From an uncultured bacterium (GTDB taxonomy: Bacteria > Babelota > Babeliae > Babelales > Babelaceae): a stretch of 64,000 nucleotides of DNA. The notes under the pieces were generated by a model, which searched no databases, was not told where the DNA came from, and saw only the letters and a list, made by a program, of their open reading frames with translations. Location: NCBI GenBank assembly GCA_963717435.1, contig OY970332.1, positions 128,001 through 192,000 of the forward strand, in the 5' to 3' direction. Position numbers and translations under genes: made by a program. Positions 1 to 10,384 of the stretch are shown one piece after another; position 1 is the stretch's first letter, and each line of letters opens with the position of its first letter.

Positions 1-563
1 TTGCCCAAGATTCTGGGTACAAAAAAATTATAGCCTTGGGAAATTGCTACAGTAATTTCTTATTTGCGAGCTTGGCCAACAGATTCGACAAAATAATTTT
101 AGATAGCTGCTGGCTCTCAGTTAACGCTTTTGCTGAAAGTATAATAGAGGATCCATTAATACCTATATGGCCGCAAGATGGTGGAACTCCTGAATGTCTA
201 AAGAAAATTTTAAAAACTAGATTTGTAAAAACACCATTAATGTTTTTATTAAATTTTATTCTTCCCAAATTATCTATAGAAGATCATCTTAAGAAAATAG
301 AAGCCACCCCCGTATTATTTATTTACGGACAAAAAGATCTAATGGTATCAAAAACGCATTTTGAAACTATATGGAACTCGACAAGCAGCCCGAACAAATT
401 TGTGTTTGTTACACCCCATGAACATTCAAATAATACAGAAAACCCTTTAATTTATAGTTACGTATGTAGCAAATTTATAGAAAGCTTGGATACCCCAACT
501 TTTATAAAAAATATTAAAGGGATTGCAAATGAACAAAAATCAGAGAAAAAATCAGAGATTTGA
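1..563 (+). CDS. Alpha/beta-hydrolase fold protein, 5'-truncated by window edge
   Basis: Frame is open from position 3 (AQDSGYKKIIALGNCYS); nucleophile-elbow-like GNCYS, PVLFIYGQKDLMV acid motif, downstream His (PHEHS). Confidence 0.65.
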   Translation, partial: AQDSGYKKIIALGNCYSNFLFASLANRFDKIILDSCWLSVNAFAESIIEDPLIPIWPQDGGTPECLKKILKTRFVKTPLMFLLNFILPKLSIEDHLKKIEATPVLFIYGQKDLMVSKTHFETIWNSTSSPNKFVFVTPHEHSNNTENPLIYSYVCSKFIESLDTPTFIKNIKGIANEQKSEKKSEI

Positions 564-2097
564 AGAGTTATATAAAGAGATATCTAAAGACGGCAAGATA
601 ATTTATTCAGGAACATTGCTTGAAAGAGCAGCAAAAAACTGGCCACACAATATAGCTATAATCTGTGCCGATCAAAAAATAACCTACCAAGAACTTTATA
701 ATAGAGCAGCAAATTTATCTTTAGAACTAAAACAACTGGGTCTGCAAAAACAAGACAGAGTAATTTTGTTTTATGAAAATTCTATAGAGTTTTATGTTGC
801 TTATTATGGCATATGGCAAGCAGGTGGCGTTGTTGCGGCGCTTAATATTTTTTTAGGGCAAAAAGAACTTGAGCATATCATAAAAGACTGCTCACCTAAA
901 ATTATTATTACATCAAGCACTTTAGTAGAAAAAGTTAATCTTGCATTTGAAGCTTTAAAAAGTGCAGGATTCTCCGGCGAACTTCCAAAAATAATTACAG
1001 ATCTGTCTGGTAATGCAAACAAAAACTTGCCTGAAAATTTTATTATAGAACAACTTGAACCCGAAAGCATGGCGGCTTTATTATATACATCCGGCACAAC
1101 AGGCATGCCAAAAGGCGTCATGCTAAGTTCAAAAAATATTATGACAAACTTAGTTCAGGGCGCATCACTATTAAATGTCACACCAAAAGATAGCGTCTAC
1201 GGTGCGTTGCCATTATTTCACGCGCTTATGCAAAATGCATGCTTATGGGGAGCTGTTTATGTCGGCGGAACAACGATACTTGTTCCAAAAATAGACAGAA
1301 AAAACTTAATTGACGGCTTAAAACAAAAACCTACTATAATTATAGCTGTTCCTGCTCTATTTGGGCTATTCTGCATGATGAAAAATTTAGATTTTTCACG
1401 CGTAAAATACTTCTTCTGCGGAGGTGACGCACTGCCTGATAAAATTCGTATGTATTTTTCGCTGATATATGGCAGGAAAATATGTAACGGTTATGGTCTC
1501 ACAGAAACGTCGCCACTAATTGCAGTAGACACTGACGACTACGTACAACCCACTGACACTGTTGGTTATCCTGCGCATGGAATAGAGTGCCAAATTAGGG
1601 ACGACCAAAACAATGTATTAGATAGCAATAACACTAATAATATTGGAGTTTTGTGGGTAAAAGGGGATAATATCATGCTCGGGTATTATAACGCCAAAGA
1701 AGCAACAGAAAAAGTTTTAAATAATAACTGGCTAAATACTGGCGATCTTGCAAAATTTGATAGCTCAGGAAAAATAGTTTTGGCTGGACGCGAAAAAGAT
1801 TTGATAGTAAATAAGGGCCTGAAAATTTATCCTCAAGAAGTTGAAAACGTTTTGATGTCCCATCCTGCAGTTTTTAAAGTTGGCGTTGTTGGCCAAAAAG
1901 TTGATGACACAGAGATCCCGGTTGCATTTATTGCAACCAAAGAGAAAGACACTGAGAAATTAAAACTAGAACTTCAAGATTTATGTTCAAGAAATCTGGC
2001 GCATTATAAGCATCCAAGAAACTATTTCTTTAAAGACGACCTGATATCTACAGCAACCGGAAAAGTTGACAAAAAAGCACTGCGCCAAGAATTATAA
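529..2097 (+). CDS. Long-chain fatty acid-CoA ligase / AMP-binding enzyme
   Basis: YTSGTTGMPKG AMP-binding loop, NGYGLTE, WLNTGDL, GREKDLI, TGKVDKK motifs. Start could be 523 or 529. Confidence 0.9.
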   Translation: MNKNQRKNQRFEELYKEISKDGKIIYSGTLLERAAKNWPHNIAIICADQKITYQELYNRAANLSLELKQLGLQKQDRVILFYENSIEFYVAYYGIWQAGGVVAALNIFLGQKELEHIIKDCSPKIIITSSTLVEKVNLAFEALKSAGFSGELPKIITDLSGNANKNLPENFIIEQLEPESMAALLYTSGTTGMPKGVMLSSKNIMTNLVQGASLLNVTPKDSVYGALPLFHALMQNACLWGAVYVGGTTILVPKIDRKNLIDGLKQKPTIIIAVPALFGLFCMMKNLDFSRVKYFFCGGDALPDKIRMYFSLIYGRKICNGYGLTETSPLIAVDTDDYVQPTDTVGYPAHGIECQIRDDQNNVLDSNNTNNIGVLWVKGDNIMLGYYNAKEATEKVLNNNWLNTGDLAKFDSSGKIVLAGREKDLIVNKGLKIYPQEVENVLMSHPAVFKVGVVGQKVDDTEIPVAFIATKEKDTEKLKLELQDLCSRNLAHYKHPRNYFFKDDLISTATGKVDKKALRQEL

Positions 2098-2207
2098 AGT
2101 CTTTTTTTAATTTTTTATTTTTTTACTATTTTTTTGTGCTATGTAAACTTTGAATGTTGTATTAGCACAACTTACAGATTCGAAAAATTTATACGGGCAC
2201 CTAACCT

Positions 2208-3323
2208 ATGCACAAAACAAAAATATTACATGTTATTTCTAGTTTGAAACTTGGGGGTGCGGAGCAGGTTTTATATAGTATTTTGGATAGTCACAAAGAC
2301 AATGTTGAGCATGAAGTTGTTTATTTTCACGATGGGCCGATCAGAGAAAAAATAGAAAATTTGGGGATTAAAACTACTAAGATTACAGGGTTAATAGTTA
2401 ATTATGACCCTGTTTTTTTGTATAGATTTTTTAAAAAAATAGTTAACTTTAAGCCAGACTTAATAAGTTCAAGTTTGTGGGCGGCCAATTTACTTTCAAG
2501 AATTTCAGCTAAAATTTTAAATATCCCAGTTATAAACGCAATTCATGCGTTGCCAATATTTGAAGGCAAATTTAGAAACAAACTAGATAATATAAGCTTA
2601 AATCTGGCAACAAAAATTATTAGCGTAAGCAATAATATATCTCAAGAACTGTTAGCAGCAAAAAAAATTGCTCCCGAAAAGCTTGAAACAATACAAAATG
2701 GTATTAATATTTTGGATCTTCAAGAAAAATTTACAAATTCTAACATAACCAAAAATAGTTTGGGGCTTACAGAAAAAAATATAGTTATTGGCACAGTTGG
2801 CAGGTTTATCGGGGAAAAAAATCAAGATAAATTAATCAAAGCTTTCAGTATTGTTCACAAAAAAAACCCAGATTCTAGATTATTATTAGTTGGCGTGGGG
2901 CCATTAGAACAAAATTTAAGAGAACTGACAAAAGAGCTAAATCTTGAAAAATCTGTGATATTTATTGTTGGACAACCAGCATATAAATATTTACCTATTA
3001 TGGACATTTTTGCATTACCATCAAGATTTGAGGGGTTACCCATCGCCCTTCTTGAGGCGATGACGTGTAAACTGTCGGTTATTGTCACGGGTAAAAACAA
3101 AAATCACGAAGTTGTTCAAGATTTACAAACAGGACTTATAATCGAAGCTGATAATATCGAGCAACTATCAGATTCGATTATAGAACTAATCTTAACTCCG
3201 GAGCTTAAAAATAAACTCGCAAAAAAGGGGCAAGACTTAGTTAAAGAAAAATATAATATCAGCTTAATGTCCAAAAAGTATCAGGATTTATTTAATAAAC
3301 TAGCTGAGCAAAAAAATCTTTGA
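2208..3323 (+). CDS. Glycosyltransferase family 4 (GT-B)
   Basis: GGAEQV N-terminal motif, IQNGI, VGRFIGEKNQ, PSRFEGLPIALLEAM. Confidence 0.9.
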   Translation: MHKTKILHVISSLKLGGAEQVLYSILDSHKDNVEHEVVYFHDGPIREKIENLGIKTTKITGLIVNYDPVFLYRFFKKIVNFKPDLISSSLWAANLLSRISAKILNIPVINAIHALPIFEGKFRNKLDNISLNLATKIISVSNNISQELLAAKKIAPEKLETIQNGINILDLQEKFTNSNITKNSLGLTEKNIVIGTVGRFIGEKNQDKLIKAFSIVHKKNPDSRLLLVGVGPLEQNLRELTKELNLEKSVIFIVGQPAYKYLPIMDIFALPSRFEGLPIALLEAMTCKLSVIVTGKNKNHEVVQDLQTGLIIEADNIEQLSDSIIELILTPELKNKLAKKGQDLVKEKYNISLMSKKYQDLFNKLAEQKNL

Positions 3324-3398
3324 TTATTCCGTCGACTATTATAAATATTTTGTGCCAAAATATTTAAGGGACAAAATTTTATAAAAAAGGGGCGGATC

Positions 3399-4169
3399 GT
3401 GAAAAAAAGTTTATTTTTATTTCTGTTTTTTATTTCGGCTTATTCTAATGTTATTTGTCGGGAACGACGGCATCATAACCGGAATCATAATTGGCCTAGT
3501 TATTATACGCCACAAAATACAGTTTTTGCGTTCGATTTACATGACGTGCTAGTAAAAACCAACTATTGGGAAGCTGTTAAAGTCAGCTTTAAAGAGTTAT
3601 CTATATCTGACATGATATTTATAATCACTCACAAAGAAGTAAGAAGAAGCTTTAAAGCAGCATTTAATAATCAAATTACTGTAGAAAAAATGCTTGATAA
3701 TTTGAGCCGAAAAGAAGAACGGGTCAAAAAACTAAAAGAGCCGATTATAAAAATTATTAACTGCCAAGATATAAACCAGGACGTCTTGGACCTGGCACAC
3801 GAGATTAAAACTCTGGGGTTCAGATTATACCTGCTTTCAAATATAGGCATCCAGGCCCTAAACAACTTATACACAAAACACCCTAATCTAAATAAACTTT
3901 TTGATGGATTTTATGTACCTAGACCTGAGAATTTTTACATGCGAAAGCCGTCTTTATATTTCTTTTCAGAGTTTAAAAGATACTTAAGAGAGATAGGGGA
4001 TAAGCAGAAAAATATTATATTTATCGATGATCTTAAAGAAAACGTCGAAAATGCCCGAAAATTGGGCTTTAAAGCTATACATTTCACATCTAAAAAACAG
4101 CTTGAATATGACCTTAAAAAAATGGGCTTTAACCTGCAAACCCTACCTGTTGCCAAAAAACAGCAATAA
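3399..4169 (+). CDS. HAD-family phosphatase with N-terminal signal peptide
   Basis: MKKSLFLFLFFISAYS leader; HAD motifs FDLHDV, LLSN, RKP, FIDD..EN. Confidence 0.8.
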   Translation: MKKSLFLFLFFISAYSNVICRERRHHNRNHNWPSYYTPQNTVFAFDLHDVLVKTNYWEAVKVSFKELSISDMIFIITHKEVRRSFKAAFNNQITVEKMLDNLSRKEERVKKLKEPIIKIINCQDINQDVLDLAHEIKTLGFRLYLLSNIGIQALNNLYTKHPNLNKLFDGFYVPRPENFYMRKPSLYFFSEFKRYLREIGDKQKNIIFIDDLKENVENARKLGFKAIHFTSKKQLEYDLKKMGFNLQTLPVAKKQQ

Positions 4170-4228
4170 TTTACACTTAGTAATATATCACTAAAGTGAT
4201 TACTAAGAAGAATTAATGGAGGAGTATC

Positions 4229-4615
4229 ATGTTAAAACACCTAAAATCAGGTTTATTAAAGTTATTATGTCTTTCTATGCCTTTTGGCATAAATTCGACA
4301 GCAGAGTCCATCTCTGTTCAAAAAACTGAGATTAAAGCCGAAAACAAAAAAGAAACTACAAGTAAATATGCTCAAATAAAAAAGTGGGCAAAAGATAACA
4401 AAAATCTGCTACTTGCTGCGGGCGGGACGGTAATTTGCATATGCGCCTATTACTTTTTTTCAACAAAAACAGGCAACAATAATTTATTACCTTCTGGTGG
4501 GGAACTTTTTGAGAGCAAAAAAAGTGTCTCAAGTAATTCTGAAACATTAGTGCCTCTTGAAAATGCTGACCTATACACCGGTTTTTTAGAACAGCTGAAT
4601 AATGACGAAAATTAA
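4229..4615 (+). CDS. Secreted/membrane-anchored hypothetical protein (W..NK + TM module)
   Basis: GGAGGAG SD, signal peptide, KKWAKDNKN followed by hydrophobic LLLAAGGTVICICAYYFF. Confidence 0.7.
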   Translation: MLKHLKSGLLKLLCLSMPFGINSTAESISVQKTEIKAENKKETTSKYAQIKKWAKDNKNLLLAAGGTVICICAYYFFSTKTGNNNLLPSGGELFESKKSVSSNSETLVPLENADLYTGFLEQLNNDEN

Positions 4616-4652
4616 ATTTTAAAATATAAAATAACTCTTAAATGGAGAAGTT

Positions 4653-5378
4653 ATGAAATCTGTTATACAAAAAATTAATTTTAATATTTTATTATTACTG
4701 GCAGTTTTTAGTGCCCAGTTTAATATAGCCTGCGCAAGGCAGTTTACGCCTGAAAATACGGTATTTGCGTTTGATTTACATGACGTTGTCTTAAAAACTG
4801 ATTATACAAGGGCAATAAAAACTGGTGTCAACGAGCTGCCTAAGTTGCCAGCTTTAAAACTCTTGGCCAACCCTTGGGCAATATCAAAAATGGTAGAGAC
4901 CAAGAAAAGATATGGGGTCAACGAAAAATTCTTTGAAGAAATGGCAGGCGAATACCCAGAAATAGCCGATTGCAAAGAAACGATATTAAAACTTGCAAAC
5001 TATCAAAATATAAACGCCCCTATGCTTAAAACTATAAAAGAGCTAAAACAACTTGGGTATAAAGTTTATATTTTTTCTAATATTTCGACAGAATCTTTAA
5101 ATTACTTAAAAACTAATCAGCCCGAACTTATGTCGCTATTTGACGGAGTTCAAAATCCAAATCAAGAAAATAATTTCACAAGAAAGCCAAAATCTCAAGC
5201 TTATTTATTATTCAAAGAACAGCTAGAGAAAAATGGGGATCAAAATAAAACTGTGATATTTTTGGACGACAATAAAAATAATATAAAAACAGCTAACAAC
5301 ATGGGCTTTATTGGAATAAGATATAAATCACCCGAAAAATTTAAATCCAGACTGTGCCGACTGGGAATTAAGTTCTAA
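4653..5378 (+). CDS. HAD-family phosphatase with N-terminal signal peptide (paralog of 3399-4169)
   Basis: TPENTVFAFDLHDV shared with the 3399 ORF; FSN, RKP, FLDD..NN motifs. Confidence 0.8.
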   Translation: MKSVIQKINFNILLLLAVFSAQFNIACARQFTPENTVFAFDLHDVVLKTDYTRAIKTGVNELPKLPALKLLANPWAISKMVETKKRYGVNEKFFEEMAGEYPEIADCKETILKLANYQNINAPMLKTIKELKQLGYKVYIFSNISTESLNYLKTNQPELMSLFDGVQNPNQENNFTRKPKSQAYLLFKEQLEKNGDQNKTVIFLDDNKNNIKTANNMGFIGIRYKSPEKFKSRLCRLGIKF

Positions 5379-5381
5379 AAT

Positions 5382-6323
5382 TTAGCTATTGCCTCCCCAG
5401 CTAAATGGTACCAAACTTGCAAATAAACTCTGCTGTTTTTTTACGGGCAAGATATTAAGCTTTACTAGCTCGCCTCTCAAATTGGAACATTTTTTGTCGA
5501 CCAATATCCCTTGCATGCCACACAACTTTGCGGCTTCAATATTTTCAGGCTGATCGTCAATCATTAAGCATTCTTTAGGCGAGATTTTATAGTTAGTTAG
5601 GTGTTCTAAAATAATTTTATAAGCCAAACTTGATGGCTTCATAATTTTCGTAATACTCGAGATAAAAATATTTTCTCTCTCAAAATAACCAAAAATTTCT
5701 TGCATGTTTTCAGAATTATAAATCTCATTAAAAGAATTCTGTTCCCAATTGGAAAGCATTAACAGTTTATAATCTTCATGCTTAAGAGATTTTAACTCAG
5801 CCAAAATAGAAACAGACCCTTTTATGGGCAGCGTAAATTCGGCAAGTTTTTTTGAATCAAACATAATTCTTACAATTTCGCTAAGAACCCGTCTTTCTGC
5901 TTCACTTTTAATCTTGTCATGCCCTATTTGAGATAAATTATTCAAATAATCTTGCACTTTTGCATTTGCATCTTCACCAGAAATATGCCCTCTTAACCAC
6001 TGGCACATGACTTCCGGAAGATCTGTGTTGCCATGTTTTGCAACTAGACCGTTGTCGCATTTCTCTTGATGGCCAAGCTCACCCATTATTTCCAAAACTT
6101 TTTCTTTAAGTCCCAAGTTAGAAAAATCCAGAGAAAAAAGATCAGTAATACCAAGTGCTGCAAGATTGGCTAGCCCTATTTCCCAGGCAAATTTACTTTC
6201 ACTTGTTTTTGCCAAAACTCCACCAAAATCGAATATAATCGCTTTTATTTCACAGCGTAAGTGAGAAAAAGATAGTAAGACAAAAAACAAAAAGAATTTT
6301 ACTGATCCAAAAATTCTGTTCAT
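5382..6323 (-). CDS. HAD-family phosphatase with N-terminal signal peptide
   Basis: Hydrophobic leader, then IKAIIFDFGGVL, LSNW, MKP, MIDDQPENIEAA. Confidence 0.8.
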   Translation of the reverse strand: MNRIFGSVKFFLFFVLLSFSHLRCEIKAIIFDFGGVLAKTSESKFAWEIGLANLAALGITDLFSLDFSNLGLKEKVLEIMGELGHQEKCDNGLVAKHGNTDLPEVMCQWLRGHISGEDANAKVQDYLNNLSQIGHDKIKSEAERRVLSEIVRIMFDSKKLAEFTLPIKGSVSILAELKSLKHEDYKLLMLSNWEQNSFNEIYNSENMQEIFGYFERENIFISSITKIMKPSSLAYKIILEHLTNYKISPKECLMIDDQPENIEAAKLCGMQGILVDKKCSNLRGELVKLNILPVKKQQSLFASLVPFSWGGNS

Positions 6324-6433
6324 ATCACCCCAAAATCAACAAGTATAAAAACCCACATAACTCGAGTATAATAGCACTTATTCTTTGGAGATTACAAGAA
6401 ATAGTATAATTATTTTTAGATCAAAATTTAAAA

Positions 6434-7114
6434 CTATTTCTTTAATAAATTCTGCTGAGCAAGATATTCAAGTAATATATTTAAAGCTTCGTCCACATCA
6501 TCAGTAAATTTCACAAAATCAAAATGCTCCGGCAATATTAACCCATTTTTTAATCCTGACTCTTTGGACCATTTTTCAATATCTGCCCAATACTGTTTTC
6601 CTATAATAATAACGGGCGCATATTTTAAATTATTTGTCTGCATCAGCGTCAAAACTTCGGCAAGCTCATCAAGTGTCCCAAATCCACCAGGAAAAAAAAC
6701 ATATCCGTTAGAATAGTTAATCAAGAGCCATTTTCTTGCCCAAAAATAGTCAGTTGTTATAATCGCATCCATACATGGATTTGCTTCCTCAAGCTTATCC
6801 AACCCCTTGACAGTGATCCCTATAGTTTTTGCTGTTTTTCCACCATGGGCCGCACCACAACTTGCCGACTCCATAATGCCAGGTCCTCCACCGGTCAGAA
6901 CAGAAATATTGTGTTCTATTAAATTACGACCCAAATTATGGGCCATTGTTGCATATGGGTTGTCCTGTTTTAATCTCGAACCACCAAAAATAGTTATAAC
7001 TGGGTGACGCAGTTCTGAAACGGTCCAAATGAACCTAACCTGTTGGAAAGAAATTTTAATAAACTGGGCCAAAAGCTTTATATATTTTATAACTTTTCTA
7101 ATTCTGAACATCAC
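6434..7114 (-). CDS. LOG-family Rossmann-fold protein (TIGR00730-like nucleotide phosphoribohydrolase)
   Basis: TIFGGSR, TGGGPGIME, RKWLL, FPGGFGTLDELAE motifs. Confidence 0.9.
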   Translation of the reverse strand: MMFRIRKVIKYIKLLAQFIKISFQQVRFIWTVSELRHPVITIFGGSRLKQDNPYATMAHNLGRNLIEHNISVLTGGGPGIMESASCGAAHGGKTAKTIGITVKGLDKLEEANPCMDAIITTDYFWARKWLLINYSNGYVFFPGGFGTLDELAEVLTLMQTNNLKYAPVIIIGKQYWADIEKWSKESGLKNGLILPEHFDFVKFTDDVDEALNILLEYLAQQNLLKK

Positions 7115-7375
7115 AACTTCCCGCTTTTTTATAGTTTTTAAAAACTTATCAGTAGCAGTTTTAAAGTATCATAAACTCTCATGTATAAACAACACAATAA
7201 AGCAATAAAAATTATTTATATGCAAAAAAGTTATTTATATTATTTTATAAAATTTTAGTTGTAATTTTATTTTTTTTGGACCAAAATACTAATATCTGAG
7301 AGTAGATACCTTAAACCTATATTCAATTCTGGTTTAATAATTTATAATTTCGATTTAAATTTAATTTGGTAGCCC

Positions 7376-8029
7376 ATGAAAAAAATCAATTTTATTTTAG
7401 TCTCTTTAATTTTTAATATACTTATTGGCCAAAAAAACCCCCAAAATACGCTTTATTTAAAAAACAAAACGGTTGAAAATATCAAACTACATGGCTCTGC
7501 CAATCTAAATAAAGTCTTGGTAGAAGATGAGACCGATATTACCGGGGATCTTGAAGCAGATAATAGCCAATTTGCCTACGCACCAAACAAAGACTTCAGC
7601 TGGGCTTTAAACCTCAAAGGCGGGGCTAAATTAAAAAATAGCAAAATTCATGGCAATGCCAACATTAATGGCAATATTTCTAGCATAAACTCGAGCTTTT
7701 TTAAAGCCCTCTTGGTCCACGGAAAATCTGACCTAATCAAGACTCTAATTAAACAAAATTCGAAATTTTATGGGAACACAAAAATCTCGGATTCACAATT
7801 TCACGAAGATATCTATATTGCCGATACTGATCAAATTACCGCTATTAATTCAGTATTTGAAAGAGGTTTAACTTTAGACAGCGATTCAAGACAACCGGTA
7901 ATAAACCTTGTAAATTCGAGAGTACAAGGCGAAATAGTTTTCAAGGGCAGAGCTGGTGTTGTTGTTTTAGCCCAAAAAAGCAAAATCAGCGGCGTCACCA
8001 ACGGAAAAATTGTTAAAGTTAAAAAATAA
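7376..8029 (+). CDS. Secreted hypothetical protein with beta-helix/bactofilin-like repeats
   Basis: Signal peptide; three roughly 33-aa repeats of pattern L.(L/V).G...L....I......(T/N/Y)G.....(N/D)S.F. Confidence 0.6.
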   Translation: MKKINFILVSLIFNILIGQKNPQNTLYLKNKTVENIKLHGSANLNKVLVEDETDITGDLEADNSQFAYAPNKDFSWALNLKGGAKLKNSKIHGNANINGNISSINSSFFKALLVHGKSDLIKTLIKQNSKFYGNTKISDSQFHEDIYIADTDQITAINSVFERGLTLDSDSRQPVINLVNSRVQGEIVFKGRAGVVVLAQKSKISGVTNGKIVKVKK

Positions 8030-8243
8030 CCCCAAACCTGCCAGATTCAGCAAATAACCCCCCCCACCATCCCAACCTATAATCCTGCCTGAAATTTAAG
8101 CCCCCTTAGGGCTTTTGCTGCTTTATTTAACCCGTGCTATAATTATAATACAGGCTGAAATTGGCCCCAATCTGGGCCCGGAAAGCCATACCTGTCTTAC
8201 AGGTTAGAAAAAAGCAATAAATTATAAACAATGGGGCGTTAAC

Positions 8244-8531
8244 ATGAAAAGTCTATTAAACAAGCTAATTTTATTTGGTCTTATATTATCCCCAGTATTA
8301 GTTATGGGGCAAACAAGTGAGCCAGAAACGAAAAAAGCACAAAATTGGCGAGAAAAAGTTGCTAAAAATTGTAACTCTTTAACAAATAAAGCCAAAAAAG
8401 AATTGGGCCATTTAAAAACTTGGATTCGAGAAAATCCAAAAACTTATGCTGTAATAGTTGGACTAATAGCTACAACGTTACATGTTGGTACGAAAATGAA
8501 ACTTGAAAGAGTTCAAAAATCAAAGCCATAA
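8244..8531 (+). CDS. Small secreted protein (WIRENPK + TM module)
   Basis: Signal peptide similar to next gene; LKTWIRENPKTYAVIVGLIA. Confidence 0.7.
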   Translation: MKSLLNKLILFGLILSPVLVMGQTSEPETKKAQNWREKVAKNCNSLTNKAKKELGHLKTWIRENPKTYAVIVGLIATTLHVGTKMKLERVQKSKP

Positions 8532-8563
8532 ACTAATGTCTCATCAATAAAGGATTATTTAAT

Positions 8564-9190
8564 ATGATTAACAATATACTAAACAAGCTAATTTTGACTG
8601 GATTATTATTGCCTAGTTTATCTATTGCCAATAATCAGCCAGAACAAAATCAAGTAGTAGAAAGCCAGGACAGTAAAAAAACAACTGAAGCTGAGACTGA
8701 GCATAACGAATATGCAAATCGATCAAAATTGAGCCTTTGGGCGGAATATATGACTGCAAGAGGCGAAATTGCTCTTGAAAATTTTAAAGAGAGAATTGAG
8801 CCGATTACAACACAAATCAGCGACGGGCTAAATAACGGCTATTTGTGGATCAAGAAAAATCCAAAGAAAACTGTTGTCGGAATAGCCGTTTTAATTTTGG
8901 CTATTATTGCTGCCAAAAAAACTAAAAATGCACCTGATAATGTTATCAATCAAACGGCTGAACAAAAGCAGCGCCTTGAAAAAAAATTAGACGAATTCAA
9001 AGCACGCCAAAAACACCTCGAAACAAAATCTACAATTTCTGTGCCAGCCGCCCCGACATCCATAATACCCAGTAACAACCCTGGTTATCAAAGCATATAT
9101 GGCGACGTCGGCAATATGATGCAACCCGTTGCAGATGATCTTGCTGCTAACAATCCCTACAAAGTAGTGATAAACCAAGAAAGACAATAA
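8564..9190 (+). CDS. Secreted/membrane-anchored protein (WIKKNPKK + TM module)
   Basis: Signal peptide; GLNNGYLWIKKNPKK shared with the next two genes; short coiled coil after TM. Confidence 0.75.
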   Translation: MINNILNKLILTGLLLPSLSIANNQPEQNQVVESQDSKKTTEAETEHNEYANRSKLSLWAEYMTARGEIALENFKERIEPITTQISDGLNNGYLWIKKNPKKTVVGIAVLILAIIAAKKTKNAPDNVINQTAEQKQRLEKKLDEFKARQKHLETKSTISVPAAPTSIIPSNNPGYQSIYGDVGNMMQPVADDLAANNPYKVVINQERQ

Positions 9191-9194
9191 GCCC

Positions 9195-10280
9195 ATGAAG
9201 AAAATATTTTTACTACTAACAATAACTTTGGCACAAGCACAAGTTTGTCTTGCTAATTCTGCTGAAATCGCGGTACAAAGCGCTGTTGAAAATTCTCAGC
9301 AAACAAAAGATAATAAGCCACAAACATGGCGCGAGTATTTTGACAGCAAAGTTGCTAGCACAAAAAACAGACTAAATAATGGCTATTTGTGGGTTAAGAA
9401 AAATCCGAAAACCACAGGAGTGATAGTCGTAAACATAGCCATCATTTGCGCATTAACATACGCAATTGTCTCTTATAAATCTGCAAATGATAAACTATCT
9501 GCAAATGTAGGATCTTTACAAAATCAAAATGATAAACTTCTTGGCAAAGTTGATACCCTAAGAGGAGAAAAAGCGAGTCTTGATAACAAGGTGAGCACAC
9601 TACAACTCGAAATGAGCCAAGAAACGAATGATTATGGCAAAAAAATATCTGCCCTTAGCGAACAAAACCAAAAATTAGCTTTTGATAATGGGAATTTAGC
9701 AAAAGAAAAAGATGCTTATGTTTCACAACTTAGAACTGCTTATTTGGACAAAAACAAAGTAATAGAAGCTCTTAATGAAGAAAAGAACAAATATGAACTT
9801 TTAGCTAAAAAAGAAACAATAATTAAAGCTATCGCCGATGCCGAAAATCTTAGAGAAGCGAACAAAAAATTATCATTATACAGAGATGTGTCCGACAACA
9901 CAATTGAAAGTTTGCGCTCAGAAATTGATAAAAAAGCAGAAATTTTTGCTAAAGAAAAAACAGCTTTGGTTTCAGAAATTACAGAGCAAAAGCAAAAATA
10001 TGAACTCATGACTAAACCCAAAGATGGGATAGAGAAAGCACTTAGTGACAAGATAAAACAATTATATGATGAAATCAGAAATCTAAAGACTTTATCCGAG
10101 AAACAAGAATATTTTATAAAATTTATAACTCAAAATGAATATAACGTTGTGCTCGCTAACTTAAGAGAGGCTGCGGAGTTTTTGCTTAGAGAAAATGAAG
10201 CTCTGAAAAGTGGGGTATTTCCATGGATTGGGCGCGATGCTAGAATAGAACAGAGTATTCGCCTGGTAAATCAAAATTAA
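9195..10280 (+). CDS. Secreted/membrane-anchored coiled-coil protein (WVKKNPK + TM module)
   Basis: Signal peptide, motif + TM, long heptad-rich C-terminal region. Confidence 0.8.
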   Translation: MKKIFLLLTITLAQAQVCLANSAEIAVQSAVENSQQTKDNKPQTWREYFDSKVASTKNRLNNGYLWVKKNPKTTGVIVVNIAIICALTYAIVSYKSANDKLSANVGSLQNQNDKLLGKVDTLRGEKASLDNKVSTLQLEMSQETNDYGKKISALSEQNQKLAFDNGNLAKEKDAYVSQLRTAYLDKNKVIEALNEEKNKYELLAKKETIIKAIADAENLREANKKLSLYRDVSDNTIESLRSEIDKKAEIFAKEKTALVSEITEQKQKYELMTKPKDGIEKALSDKIKQLYDEIRNLKTLSEKQEYFIKFITQNEYNVVLANLREAAEFLLRENEALKSGVFPWIGRDARIEQSIRLVNQN

Positions 10281-10384
10281 TGCTGCCAAGTTCACATCGC
10301 TGAAAATTATTAGTAAATAAGAGAAAATATTTCATTTACAGAAAATCTTGTTCTAGAATTCTAATAATTGAGAAAGATCTAATT

